Source: a virus (taxonomy: Duplodnaviria; Caudoviricetes). From it: a DNA stretch of 27,066 nt. Position numbers and translations under genes: made by a program. The DNA is taken from positions 1 through 27,066 of the IMG/VR virus record IMGVR_UViG_3300028835_000381. One strand, given 5' to 3'. Positions 1 to 7,459 of the stretch are shown here, piece by piece (position 1 is the first letter of the stretch; each line of letters opens with the position of its first letter). The notes under the pieces were generated by a model. The model made no database searches. It worked only from the letters and a program-made list of their open reading frames with translations, and had not been told where the DNA came from.

Positions 1-2
1 CC

Positions 3-842
3 GACGAGTGGAAAGGCGTCTTCAAAGATCGAAAGGGCACCCCCCGTTCGTACCACGAAGAGCCAGTCCTGTTCGGCTTCAACGCTGCACCGGAAATGCC
101 TGATGGCACTCCGGTCACATTCGACGCAGGCGGAGTGCTGTTCATTCAGCGTTACGTCTACAAGGTCTTCGGTCTTGCGTTCGCGCTGACCAAAGTCTTG
201 GTCGAAGATGGCGATCACATCCGCATCGGAAGAATTTATTCCGAGCATCTCGCTCAGTCGATGATCGAGACGAAGGAAACACTGTGTGCGAATATCCTTA
301 ACCGGGCATTCAACGGTGCTTTCGTCGGAGGTGATGGTGTAGCTCTCAACGTGACCAACCATCCAATTGCGCCGGGAGGCTCAGCGGGTGGTGTGTTCTC
401 GAACCTGTTAACGACTGCTGCGGCTCTGTCGCAAACGTCACTTGAGCAACAGCTCATTCAGATTCGCAATGCTGTGGACAATAACGGCAAGCGAATCCGG
501 TTGACGCCGCTCAAGATTGTTACGGGTCCGAGTCAGGTCTTCCAAGCTGAAGTCCTCTTGAAGTCTGTCCTGCGTGCAGGAACGGCTAACAATGACATCA
601 ACCCGATCCTGTCCATGGGGCTTCTGTCTCAGGGTCAGGCAAACCTGTCGCGTATTACTTCGACAACTGCATGGTGGGTCCAGACGGATGCGCCACGTGG
701 TCTGCAGATGATGATGCGCCGCGGGCTTGAAAAGTCGATGGAAGGCGACTTCGAGACCGACTCGATGCGGTACAAGTCCACCGAGCGTTACATTCCGGAC
801 TGGACTGATCCGCGAGCTGTGTTCGGTACTCCGGGACTCTGA
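3..842 (+). CDS. Major capsid protein (Mu gpT-like/HK97-fold family), 5' truncated
   Basis: Frame is open from base 3 (DEWKGVFKDRKGTPRSYHEEPVLFGFNAAPEMPDG...), so ATG 96 is internal; motifs GGDGVAL..TNHP, GTANNDINP, EGDFETDSMRYKSTERY..WTDPRAVFGTPG match capsid proteins of uncultured podoviruses as I recall them. Confidence 0.85.
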   Translation, partial: DEWKGVFKDRKGTPRSYHEEPVLFGFNAAPEMPDGTPVTFDAGGVLFIQRYVYKVFGLAFALTKVLVEDGDHIRIGRIYSEHLAQSMIETKETLCANILNRAFNGAFVGGDGVALNVTNHPIAPGGSAGGVFSNLLTTAAALSQTSLEQQLIQIRNAVDNNGKRIRLTPLKIVTGPSQVFQAEVLLKSVLRAGTANNDINPILSMGLLSQGQANLSRITSTTAWWVQTDAPRGLQMMMRRGLEKSMEGDFETDSMRYKSTERYIPDWTDPRAVFGTPGL

Positions 843-865
843 ACGAGGGTTCTTCTTTACGTCAC

Positions 866-897
866 GGTGGAGCCCGGAAAATTGGGCTCCACCTTTC
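866..897 (+). terminator. Stem-loop after capsid gene, probable leaky intrinsic terminator or mRNA-stabilising hairpin
   Basis: GGTGGAGCCC (866-875) / GGGCTCCACC (884-893) perfect 10-bp stem followed by only TTTCCTAGTTT. Confidence 0.65.
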
Positions 898-919
898 CTA
901 GTTTAATCAGGAGTTAGAC

Positions 920-1645
920 ATGCCTTTAAATATTGAAGTAACACAATTTCCGAATGGTATCGGTACCGCTGGAGACAACAGTGTACTGAATGCTATTCCT
1001 CTTCCCGGTCCACTCGCACTACTGTCCATCGAAGATTTTGGACCATACACCCTGCGGGATATACTTTGGACTGCTACGGCAATCGGTGCCGGAGTGACTC
1101 AAACTTTTCTGCTGAGTTCTGCTGGTGTCCAGCGTCAGGTGTCTGCAGGTGCAGCGACTGACGGAAACAAATTGCAAGCGGATGGTGATGGCTTGTTTAC
1201 GGACACGTTCGAACTCGCAGTTGGTCAAGAAGCGTGGTACGGAATTCGCTTCAGAACGGATGATCCAATCCAAAACATCCTTCTCTTTGGTTTCTGGCCT
1301 GCGGTTGGTACGGTAGCTCCGACAGATGGTGTTTATCTGCGCAGTGATGATGGCAGTGCCGTTCTCAATCTCATTTCCGAGAACAATGGTGCGGCTCAAT
1401 CGCTGACAGCACTCGGTACGCTTGAAGCGGACACGTGGTACGAAGCTGCGTTCTACTGGGATGGCATCGACAAAATCTCTGCTCAGTTCACGGGGCCGGA
1501 TGGTGTCATTGGTGGTGGTGGGACGGTAATTCCGGGGGCGAACTTGCCTGCGGTAGGCACGCTTCCATCCTATCTGTTCTCTGCCGGTGAAGCTGCAGCG
1601 AAGACGTTGGACGTTGACTGGGTCCTCTTCGGAGGCTCTCGCTAA
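920..1645 (+). CDS. Putative capsid decoration/minor head protein, beta-rich, possible ConA-like fold
   Basis: CAGGAG RBS; directly after capsid gene; N-terminal TQFPNGI motif; beta-sandwich-like pattern (TWYEAAFYWDG ... LDVDWV). Confidence 0.55.
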   Translation: MPLNIEVTQFPNGIGTAGDNSVLNAIPLPGPLALLSIEDFGPYTLRDILWTATAIGAGVTQTFLLSSAGVQRQVSAGAATDGNKLQADGDGLFTDTFELAVGQEAWYGIRFRTDDPIQNILLFGFWPAVGTVAPTDGVYLRSDDGSAVLNLISENNGAAQSLTALGTLEADTWYEAAFYWDGIDKISAQFTGPDGVIGGGGTVIPGANLPAVGTLPSYLFSAGEAAAKTLDVDWVLFGGSR

Positions 1646-1660
1646 TAGGGAGGGCTCGCC

Positions 1661-2296
1661 ATGAGACCCATTGTACAAACGCGGCAACTTGCCGCTGCTG
1701 ATCCGAATGGCATTGCTCTCGATCAACAGTTGGGAGCAGCTGGAGATCTGGTTCTTACAGGTGCGGCGTTAGTCGATGCCGACGGTGTTGCTCAGCTAGG
1801 CACTCAACGACAAGTTGAGTTCGAGTCGGCTGGCAACATCGCGACCGTGGTTTTCACGGTTTTCGGCACGGATGACTCTGGTGCGGAGATCACTGACACA
1901 GTGACAGGCATCAATGGGAGTGCCGTTGCGACACTACTCAACTTTGCGACTGTGACGCGGATTGCTGCTGACGCAGCAGTCGGTTCAGATGTAGAAGTTG
2001 GGACGAACGCACTAGGAGCTTCACAAACAGTTCCGCTTGATCAGTACCTGACTCCGTTCAACGTGAGTCTGTTCATTGACATCACTGGAACGGTGGATGT
2101 CACTGTTGAGTTCACTGGTGATGACGTGTTCGGAGACTTCCCCGGACCTCATAACTGGATACCTCATCCGGATCTTACCAACGTAACAGTTGACGATGAC
2201 GCGACATTCATCTCGCCAGTCAGCGCCTGTAGACTGCTAACCAACTCTGGTGTTGGTACAGCGGTCCTGAGGATAATTCAAGCCGGAACCCTGTAA
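1661..2296 (+). CDS. Putative virion structural protein (candidate capsid vertex/spike-base protein)
   Basis: GGGAGG RBS; 211 aa, acidic, beta-rich; head-module position; stop overlaps next ATG (TAATG). Confidence 0.55.
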   Translation: MRPIVQTRQLAAADPNGIALDQQLGAAGDLVLTGAALVDADGVAQLGTQRQVEFESAGNIATVVFTVFGTDDSGAEITDTVTGINGSAVATLLNFATVTRIAADAAVGSDVEVGTNALGASQTVPLDQYLTPFNVSLFIDITGTVDVTVEFTGDDVFGDFPGPHNWIPHPDLTNVTVDDDATFISPVSACRLLTNSGVGTAVLRIIQAGTL

Positions 2297-2475
2297 TGGG
2301 GGGCATCACTAGATCGGGAGTGACCGCATCGTCGGTCACTTCCGACACTGTGACCAATGACAGAGTCACTGGTCCGCCAGCTAGTGCTGTCGGGGATATT
2401 CTTCTCATCGACGACGGTGGTGATGCTCTTCTCATTGAAGACGCTACTTCGGACAACAGACTAATAGAGACTTAA
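2296..2475 (+). CDS. 59-aa micro-ORF missed by the ORF track; candidate fibre-attachment adaptor
   Basis: MGGITRSGVTASSVTSDTVTNDRVTGPPASAVGDILLIDDGGDALLIEDATSDNRLIET; ATG overlaps upstream TAA, its TAA (2473-2475) ends 1 nt before the fibre ATG, exactly filling the gap. Confidence 0.85.
   Translation: MGGITRSGVTASSVTSDTVTNDRVTGPPASAVGDILLIDDGGDALLIEDATSDNRLIET
2305..2379 (+). repeat. Five 15-nt coding repeats ([IV]T-x-x-x pentapeptide x5)
   Basis: ATCACT.., GTGACC.., GTCACT.., GTGACC.., GTCACT.. at exact 15-nt spacing = ITRSG VTASS VTSDT VTNDR VTGPP. Confidence 0.8.
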
Positions 2476-2476
2476 C

Positions 2477-5137
2477 ATGGCTAACTCAACTATTCCCGGT
2501 CTTGTTGCTGTAACTGTTCCTGCGCTCACAGACTTGTTCGGTGTGCGTCAGAGTGGGGACACGCGAGATAAAAAATTAACAGCGGCGCAGCTCAAGACCT
2601 TGTTCGGTGGCGTCAGCATTACCGGAACTCCGGCTAATTTGCAGGTTGCGTTTTGGAATCCAGACGGTACTGCAATCACAGGCAATGTTGGGCTCACGTT
2701 TGATACAGCAGCTCTTCGTAATCTTGCTGCGGGTGGAGCAATTCGTGGTGGTTTGTCGAATGCCGGTGGTATCCGAAACGTAGCTTCGTCTTCTACGGTT
2801 CCAACTTTGATTCCTCGCATGGACGATCTCAGTACTGGGATCGGATCTGGCGCGATACGAAATGTAAGTGTTACTTGTGATGGAGACTTCGCTCAAACTT
2901 GGCAGCATAGTACAGCTGCCGACAACTCAATCAGACAGTTTGTTCGGATAACAACTGGCGTCACTGCTAGCACAACGCAGACGCAAGGTAATGGATTGAT
3001 TAACGGTGGACGCTTTACTGAAGTTACTACCGTAGCGAACCCAGACGACGTCATTACACTGCACAACACTTCTGCCGCAGGGTTCCATATCACTATCATG
3101 AACTCTGGGGCGAATCAGTTGCAGATTTTCCCACCAGTGGGTGAGACTATTTTAGGGAATGCTGTCAATGCGTCAGTAACGCTGGCTGTAAACAAGAGCA
3201 TGACCTTCTACACCCTCGATTCGACCAACTGGATGATCGTCTCTGAACCGGGTGCTGGTGCTTCATTCCCGTCGTTAGCTCCTGATGGAACAGTAGGTGC
3301 GCCATCGTATTCGTTCTCAGGTGACCCTGATACTGGTATCTGGAAAGCGGGTCTCGGACAAATTGATTTTGCAATCAATGGTACGAATGCAGTCAAGATT
3401 ACTGGTGACAGCATTCGCGCACCGAATGGATCACCAACTCTCACGGCTTTCGGATTCCTCTCAGATATAACTACCGGGTTCTATCGTGTGGGTGCTGGTC
3501 GTGTTGGTTTATCTTCAGCTGGATCATTAACGTGGAATTTCGATGGTGCTGACATCTTTGGACAAGCAACCACTGGTCCTGCTCTCAGTAACGTAAGTTC
3601 TACTGCTACCGCTGCCAATATTCATCCGAATAAAGGAGATCAAGATACAGGTCTAGGCTCTAATGCAGCAGACCAACTTTCCTTAATTGCTGGCGGTCTT
3701 GAACTTTTACGCCTGACGGAAGCTACCGTAGATCAGGTCATTATTGGACCTGCGGGCGTAATCGGAACCGCAGCTTTACCCTCCTTGGCATGGGGTGATG
3801 GAGATACAGGATTCTATGAAACTGTAGATGATTCGTTGACATTATCCATTGCAGGTGCTCAAGCGTGGTTTTGGTCAGGAGTCTCTTTTGGAGGCACACT
3901 CTCGAATGGTCCTGCTTTCGTAAATGAAGTTCCATCGGCGACCAACCCAACAGTAATACCGGGACGCAGTGATCCTGACACGGGTATTGGTTGGAACGCA
4001 GCAAATGAGTTTTCACTTATCGCAGGTGGTGTTGAGCATCTTAGACTTTCCGCTGCTAGCAATGCTTTCATGCTGGCAGGCACAGTCGCATCTGGTGACG
4101 GTGGCGATCTGGACTTGGACGCAGGTGCTTCAGGTACTGTTGCTGCTGATGCAGGCGGCGCAGTATCAATTACAGCCGGTGCATCAAACGCAGGTGGCGC
4201 AGGAGGCCTAGGTGGCGCACTTAGTTTACTCTCCGGAGCAGGATCAGGCGTAGCCGATGGTGGTGATATTAACATCACGACTGGCGACGGTGGTGCGGGT
4301 GGTGTTGGTGGCGATCTCATCATGCAAGTTGGTTTGGGCGGAGGTACAGCTGCGAGTGGCAACTGGTTCGTTAATACTCTAACTGGTATCGGTGCTGACG
4401 GTGGATCAGTAGCAGGAACTTCAACTGCCGGACTCGTAGCAATATACGGTGCCGGACATAGTGCCGAAGGACAGGCAGGTAACGTCGATATCTGGGGCGG
4501 ATATGCTGCGGGCACTACTGCGGCGGCAATCGGTGGCGATCTTAACCTCTTTGGCGGAGGTCAAGGGGGTGGAGCAGGCTCAGGTGGTAATGCTCACCTC
4601 TACGGTGGCGAGAGTGACACTCAGCCGGGTGACGCAGAAGTTGAGGGCGGCGTAGCAACTGTCGGCGGTGCTGGCGGTGCAGCACGCGTTCTCGGTGGTG
4701 CCGGGTTTGGCACAAATCAAGATGGTGGCATAACCTCTCTGATCGCTGGAGCAGGCTCAGCCGGTGGTGGTAGCGGTGGTAGCGCCTTCATGAGAGGCGG
4801 CGCAGGCGGCTCTGGAGCCGGAAGTGGCCTTGGTGGAGGTGCTGTAATTTCTGGCGGTGCCTCACTAGCAACAGATGGCGGGGGCGGTCTAGTCAGTCTT
4901 GACGGTGGTGTCGGTACTGGCACTGGTGATGGTGGCTCAATAGATATTTCTGGCGGCATAGCCGGTGGTACCGGTGTTGATGGAAACATCACCCTTACGA
5001 CAACCGAAGCACTCAGCCTCAACGGGGGTGAAGTCGGCTTCTATGCAACTACGCCAATCGCATTACAGACTGGGGTCGCAGTAACAATCGGCGCAGTTCA
5101 CGCGGCCTTAGTTGCACTGGGATTGATTACAGCTTAA
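2477..5137 (+). CDS. Fibre protein 1 (886 aa; probable head fibre/adhesin) with shaft repeats and Gly-rich C-terminal region
   Basis: N-terminal MANSTIPGL anchor-type motif; repeated G.V.APSYSF.GDPDTG and P...D.DTGIG....LSLIAGG units; about 300-aa Gly-rich region; C-terminal VGFYATTP...LVALGLI fibre-end motif. Confidence 0.75.
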   Translation: MANSTIPGLVAVTVPALTDLFGVRQSGDTRDKKLTAAQLKTLFGGVSITGTPANLQVAFWNPDGTAITGNVGLTFDTAALRNLAAGGAIRGGLSNAGGIRNVASSSTVPTLIPRMDDLSTGIGSGAIRNVSVTCDGDFAQTWQHSTAADNSIRQFVRITTGVTASTTQTQGNGLINGGRFTEVTTVANPDDVITLHNTSAAGFHITIMNSGANQLQIFPPVGETILGNAVNASVTLAVNKSMTFYTLDSTNWMIVSEPGAGASFPSLAPDGTVGAPSYSFSGDPDTGIWKAGLGQIDFAINGTNAVKITGDSIRAPNGSPTLTAFGFLSDITTGFYRVGAGRVGLSSAGSLTWNFDGADIFGQATTGPALSNVSSTATAANIHPNKGDQDTGLGSNAADQLSLIAGGLELLRLTEATVDQVIIGPAGVIGTAALPSLAWGDGDTGFYETVDDSLTLSIAGAQAWFWSGVSFGGTLSNGPAFVNEVPSATNPTVIPGRSDPDTGIGWNAANEFSLIAGGVEHLRLSAASNAFMLAGTVASGDGGDLDLDAGASGTVAADAGGAVSITAGASNAGGAGGLGGALSLLSGAGSGVADGGDINITTGDGGAGGVGGDLIMQVGLGGGTAASGNWFVNTLTGIGADGGSVAGTSTAGLVAIYGAGHSAEGQAGNVDIWGGYAAGTTAAAIGGDLNLFGGGQGGGAGSGGNAHLYGGESDTQPGDAEVEGGVATVGGAGGAARVLGGAGFGTNQDGGITSLIAGAGSAGGGSGGSAFMRGGAGGSGAGSGLGGGAVISGGASLATDGGGGLVSLDGGVGTGTGDGGSIDISGGIAGGTGVDGNITLTTTEALSLNGGEVGFYATTPIALQTGVAVTIGAVHAALVALGLITA

Positions 5138-5149
5138 CAGGAGAAAGAA

Positions 5150-5896
5150 ATGGGTAAGAACGTAGGACTGACATATGTGAAGGACTTCTCGTTCCCCGCA
5201 GAGCAGGGCTTCACCGGTTCTGCGGGTGTGCACAAAGTGCGCGGTTACATGCGTGGCGGACACGTGAAGTCGAAAGCGCACCAGAAGATGCCGAAGAACG
5301 TCAAAGCGAAAGGCGGCACTGTGCACGACCAGCTGAAGAATGAAGGCGCAAAGATGGGCTATGCCTATGGTGGTACGGTCAAGAAAACGTCTGCCGACTT
5401 TGTGATGAAGAGCGGTAAGCAGGACACCATGGACCACGGTGTGCAGCCTGCGCAGGAAGGTCGCAATGAGGCCGAAGTTGAGGCTGGTGGCAACAAACGT
5501 CTGAAGGCCGGATACAAGGAAGGTGGTGGTGTGCGCCAAACGCGTTACAGGAAAGGCGGCACCGTTAAAAAAGGTAAAAGCAACGGAGACAAGGATGTGT
5601 CTATGGAAGAGCTGAAGGAGAAAGTAGCGGAGTTCTTCGGAACCACATACGGGCCAAAGACGACGGGACTAAAGGGATTGCTTGGTCTCGTCAGGCGTAA
5701 GGGACTGGATTCGAAAGCTGTCGAAGCAAAATTGAGAGCCATGAAAGGTCAGATATCTGACTTTGAACGGAAGAAGATGGAGGAGATAACGGCACGCGGA
5801 GGCAAAGGGGCGCTGAAGGGGACGAAGAAAGCTCGTGGTGGTCTTGTGGAGTACGCACAGGGTGGCGTAATAAAAAAAGCCGAGGCGGCTCAGTAG
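5150..5896 (+). CDS. Basic Lys/Gly-rich protein with repeated xxGGxV motif; putative internal virion protein
   Basis: CAGGAG RBS; YMRGGHV, KAKGGTV, YAYGGTV, YKEGGGV, YRKGGTV, KARGGLV, YAQGGVI. Confidence 0.7.
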   Translation: MGKNVGLTYVKDFSFPAEQGFTGSAGVHKVRGYMRGGHVKSKAHQKMPKNVKAKGGTVHDQLKNEGAKMGYAYGGTVKKTSADFVMKSGKQDTMDHGVQPAQEGRNEAEVEAGGNKRLKAGYKEGGGVRQTRYRKGGTVKKGKSNGDKDVSMEELKEKVAEFFGTTYGPKTTGLKGLLGLVRRKGLDSKAVEAKLRAMKGQISDFERKKMEEITARGGKGALKGTKKARGGLVEYAQGGVIKKAEAAQ

Positions 5897-6018
5897 AAAA
5901 GGTCGCACGTCGAGTCGCCAAAGACGTAATGAAAGACCACGTTCGACATCCGCGTCCGCGAGGACACGGGCAAGGTGCGCGTGGTGGTCGTAGCGCAGTA
6001 AGAGGAGGTCGAGGTTAA
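5872..6018 (+). other. Slippery A AAA AAA site and 46-codon -1 frame extension of the 5150 gene
   Basis: -1 frame reads SRGGSVEKVARRVAKDVMKDHVRHPRPRGHGQGARGGRSAVRGGRG*, starts with another xxGGxV motif and its TAA overlaps ATG 6018. Confidence 0.7.
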
Positions 6019-7091
6019 TGCCAACTACAGACACAGTCGGTTCGACCATCTTTTCGAATCAGCAGATCATTGATCATGCGTTTCGTCGGTGCAAGATGGT
6101 CGAGCAAGAGATCGCAGGTGAGCACATTACAATTGCTCTCGATTTGCTGTGGTTGTTCACTCAGACCTTGGTCAACAAAGGTATCAAGCTCTGGAATGTG
6201 GACCCGATCATTCTGCCAATTTACTGGCGTCAGGCAACTGTTCCGTGTCCGCTTGGTACGGTAGATACATACACCATCAATCTGCGCAACGGGAATAGGA
6301 TTACCGGTGATGCAACTGCTACGGAGGGGATTGCGGGCAATGCATTCGATAGTGATCTGACTACGGCATGTACACAGGTGGCTGCTGCAGGCAACATCAG
6401 CATGGATCTGGGTACCGATGGTGCCACTGCGATCTTCACCTTTGGCATCATGCCCAACGTCTCCGGGACGTGGGATTACGTGATCGAGGCCTCGAACGAC
6501 AACTTCGTTACAGCCACGACATACATCACCAAGACAGGTCAAGCAGTCGTTGCAAATGAGTGGCTCTGGGAAGACGTACCGGCAGTGTCACGTGTGACAG
6601 AGTTCCAGTATTGGCGACTGCGTGCGACAGGTACCACAGTGCTCGATGTGATTGAGCTGGTGTATCAGAACAAGCCCAATGAGATTCCGATGTACAAGCT
6701 CAATCGAAATGATTATGCGAACTTGCCGGACAAGTTCAGCACTGGGCGACCGACGCAATTCTGGTATGACAAACGACGCACGCAGCCAGAGATAGAGCTT
6801 TGGCCGAACCCCGGTGCTGAGTTTACGTTCGATCAGATCACTGGCTTCGTGCAGCGACAGTTGCAAGATGTCGGTGTGATGACAGATGAACTGGAGGTCC
6901 CTGACCGCTGGTACCTTGCCATTGTATGTAACTTGGCAGCAGAACTGGGCAGGGAGCTTAAAGAGGTGGACGAGGTGATCGTTCCTCGATTGGATCTCGA
7001 CGCAGAAAAGTATTTGAGTGACGCATGGACAGGTGAGACTGATGAGTCTGAAGTGTACCTGCGTCCCAACATATCACCGTATACGAGATAA
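6018..7091 (+). CDS. Putative head-to-tail adaptor/neck protein with inserted discoidin (F5/8C)-like domain
   Basis: N-terminal IIDHAFRRC..., central NRNDYANLPDK..TGRPTQFWYD....IELWP.P and C-terminal DVG....LEVPDRWYLAI...LA typical of podovirus adaptor/tail tubular A-like proteins; insert NAFDSD...MDLG...IEASND...QYWRLR. Confidence 0.65.
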   Translation: MPTTDTVGSTIFSNQQIIDHAFRRCKMVEQEIAGEHITIALDLLWLFTQTLVNKGIKLWNVDPIILPIYWRQATVPCPLGTVDTYTINLRNGNRITGDATATEGIAGNAFDSDLTTACTQVAAAGNISMDLGTDGATAIFTFGIMPNVSGTWDYVIEASNDNFVTATTYITKTGQAVVANEWLWEDVPAVSRVTEFQYWRLRATGTTVLDVIELVYQNKPNEIPMYKLNRNDYANLPDKFSTGRPTQFWYDKRRTQPEIELWPNPGAEFTFDQITGFVQRQLQDVGVMTDELEVPDRWYLAIVCNLAAELGRELKEVDEVIVPRLDLDAEKYLSDAWTGETDESEVYLRPNISPYTR

Positions 7092-7093
7092 TC

Positions 7094-7459
7094 ATGGCAA
7101 TTTTTTTAGACCCAACGGGGAATTCAACTTACGGCATTGGCATTTGTCAGCGTTGCTCACGGAAGATGTTCTTGCATGAGTTGCATTCTGATCCGAACAC
7201 ACCGGGGTTGAAAGTCTGCATCGATGATCTCGATGATTACGATCCGTATCGCTTAGCTCCGCGGCAAGCGGATCGAATTACGCTGCCGTTCTATCGTCCT
7301 GATGAGCCTCTAACACCGGGAGGACCGAATCCCAATCCGATATCCCTGTTCGGTGTTCGAGATGCTTTTGGCGAGAGTCCACGTGAAACGGAAGACGGGA
7401 GGTTACGCGTGCTTGAAGACGCGACGGTGAACCAGAACGAGGTAGATCCAGATGCCTAA
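7094..7459 (+). CDS. Small Cys-containing (putative Zn-binding) neck-region protein with acidic C-terminal extension
   Basis: GICQRCSRK...GLKVC..D.D.YDP....RP core; lies between adaptor and fibre; 8-bp overlap with the fibre gene. Confidence 0.65.
   Translation: MAIFLDPTGNSTYGIGICQRCSRKMFLHELHSDPNTPGLKVCIDDLDDYDPYRLAPRQADRITLPFYRPDEPLTPGGPNPNPISLFGVRDAFGESPRETEDGRLRVLEDATVNQNEVDPDA

Noticed and set aside
5564-5575. Second A-run (GTT AAA AAA GGT) in ORF5150 as a frameshift site
   Set aside because: T AAA AAA does not fit X XXY YYZ and frame 0 continues with motif-bearing sequence
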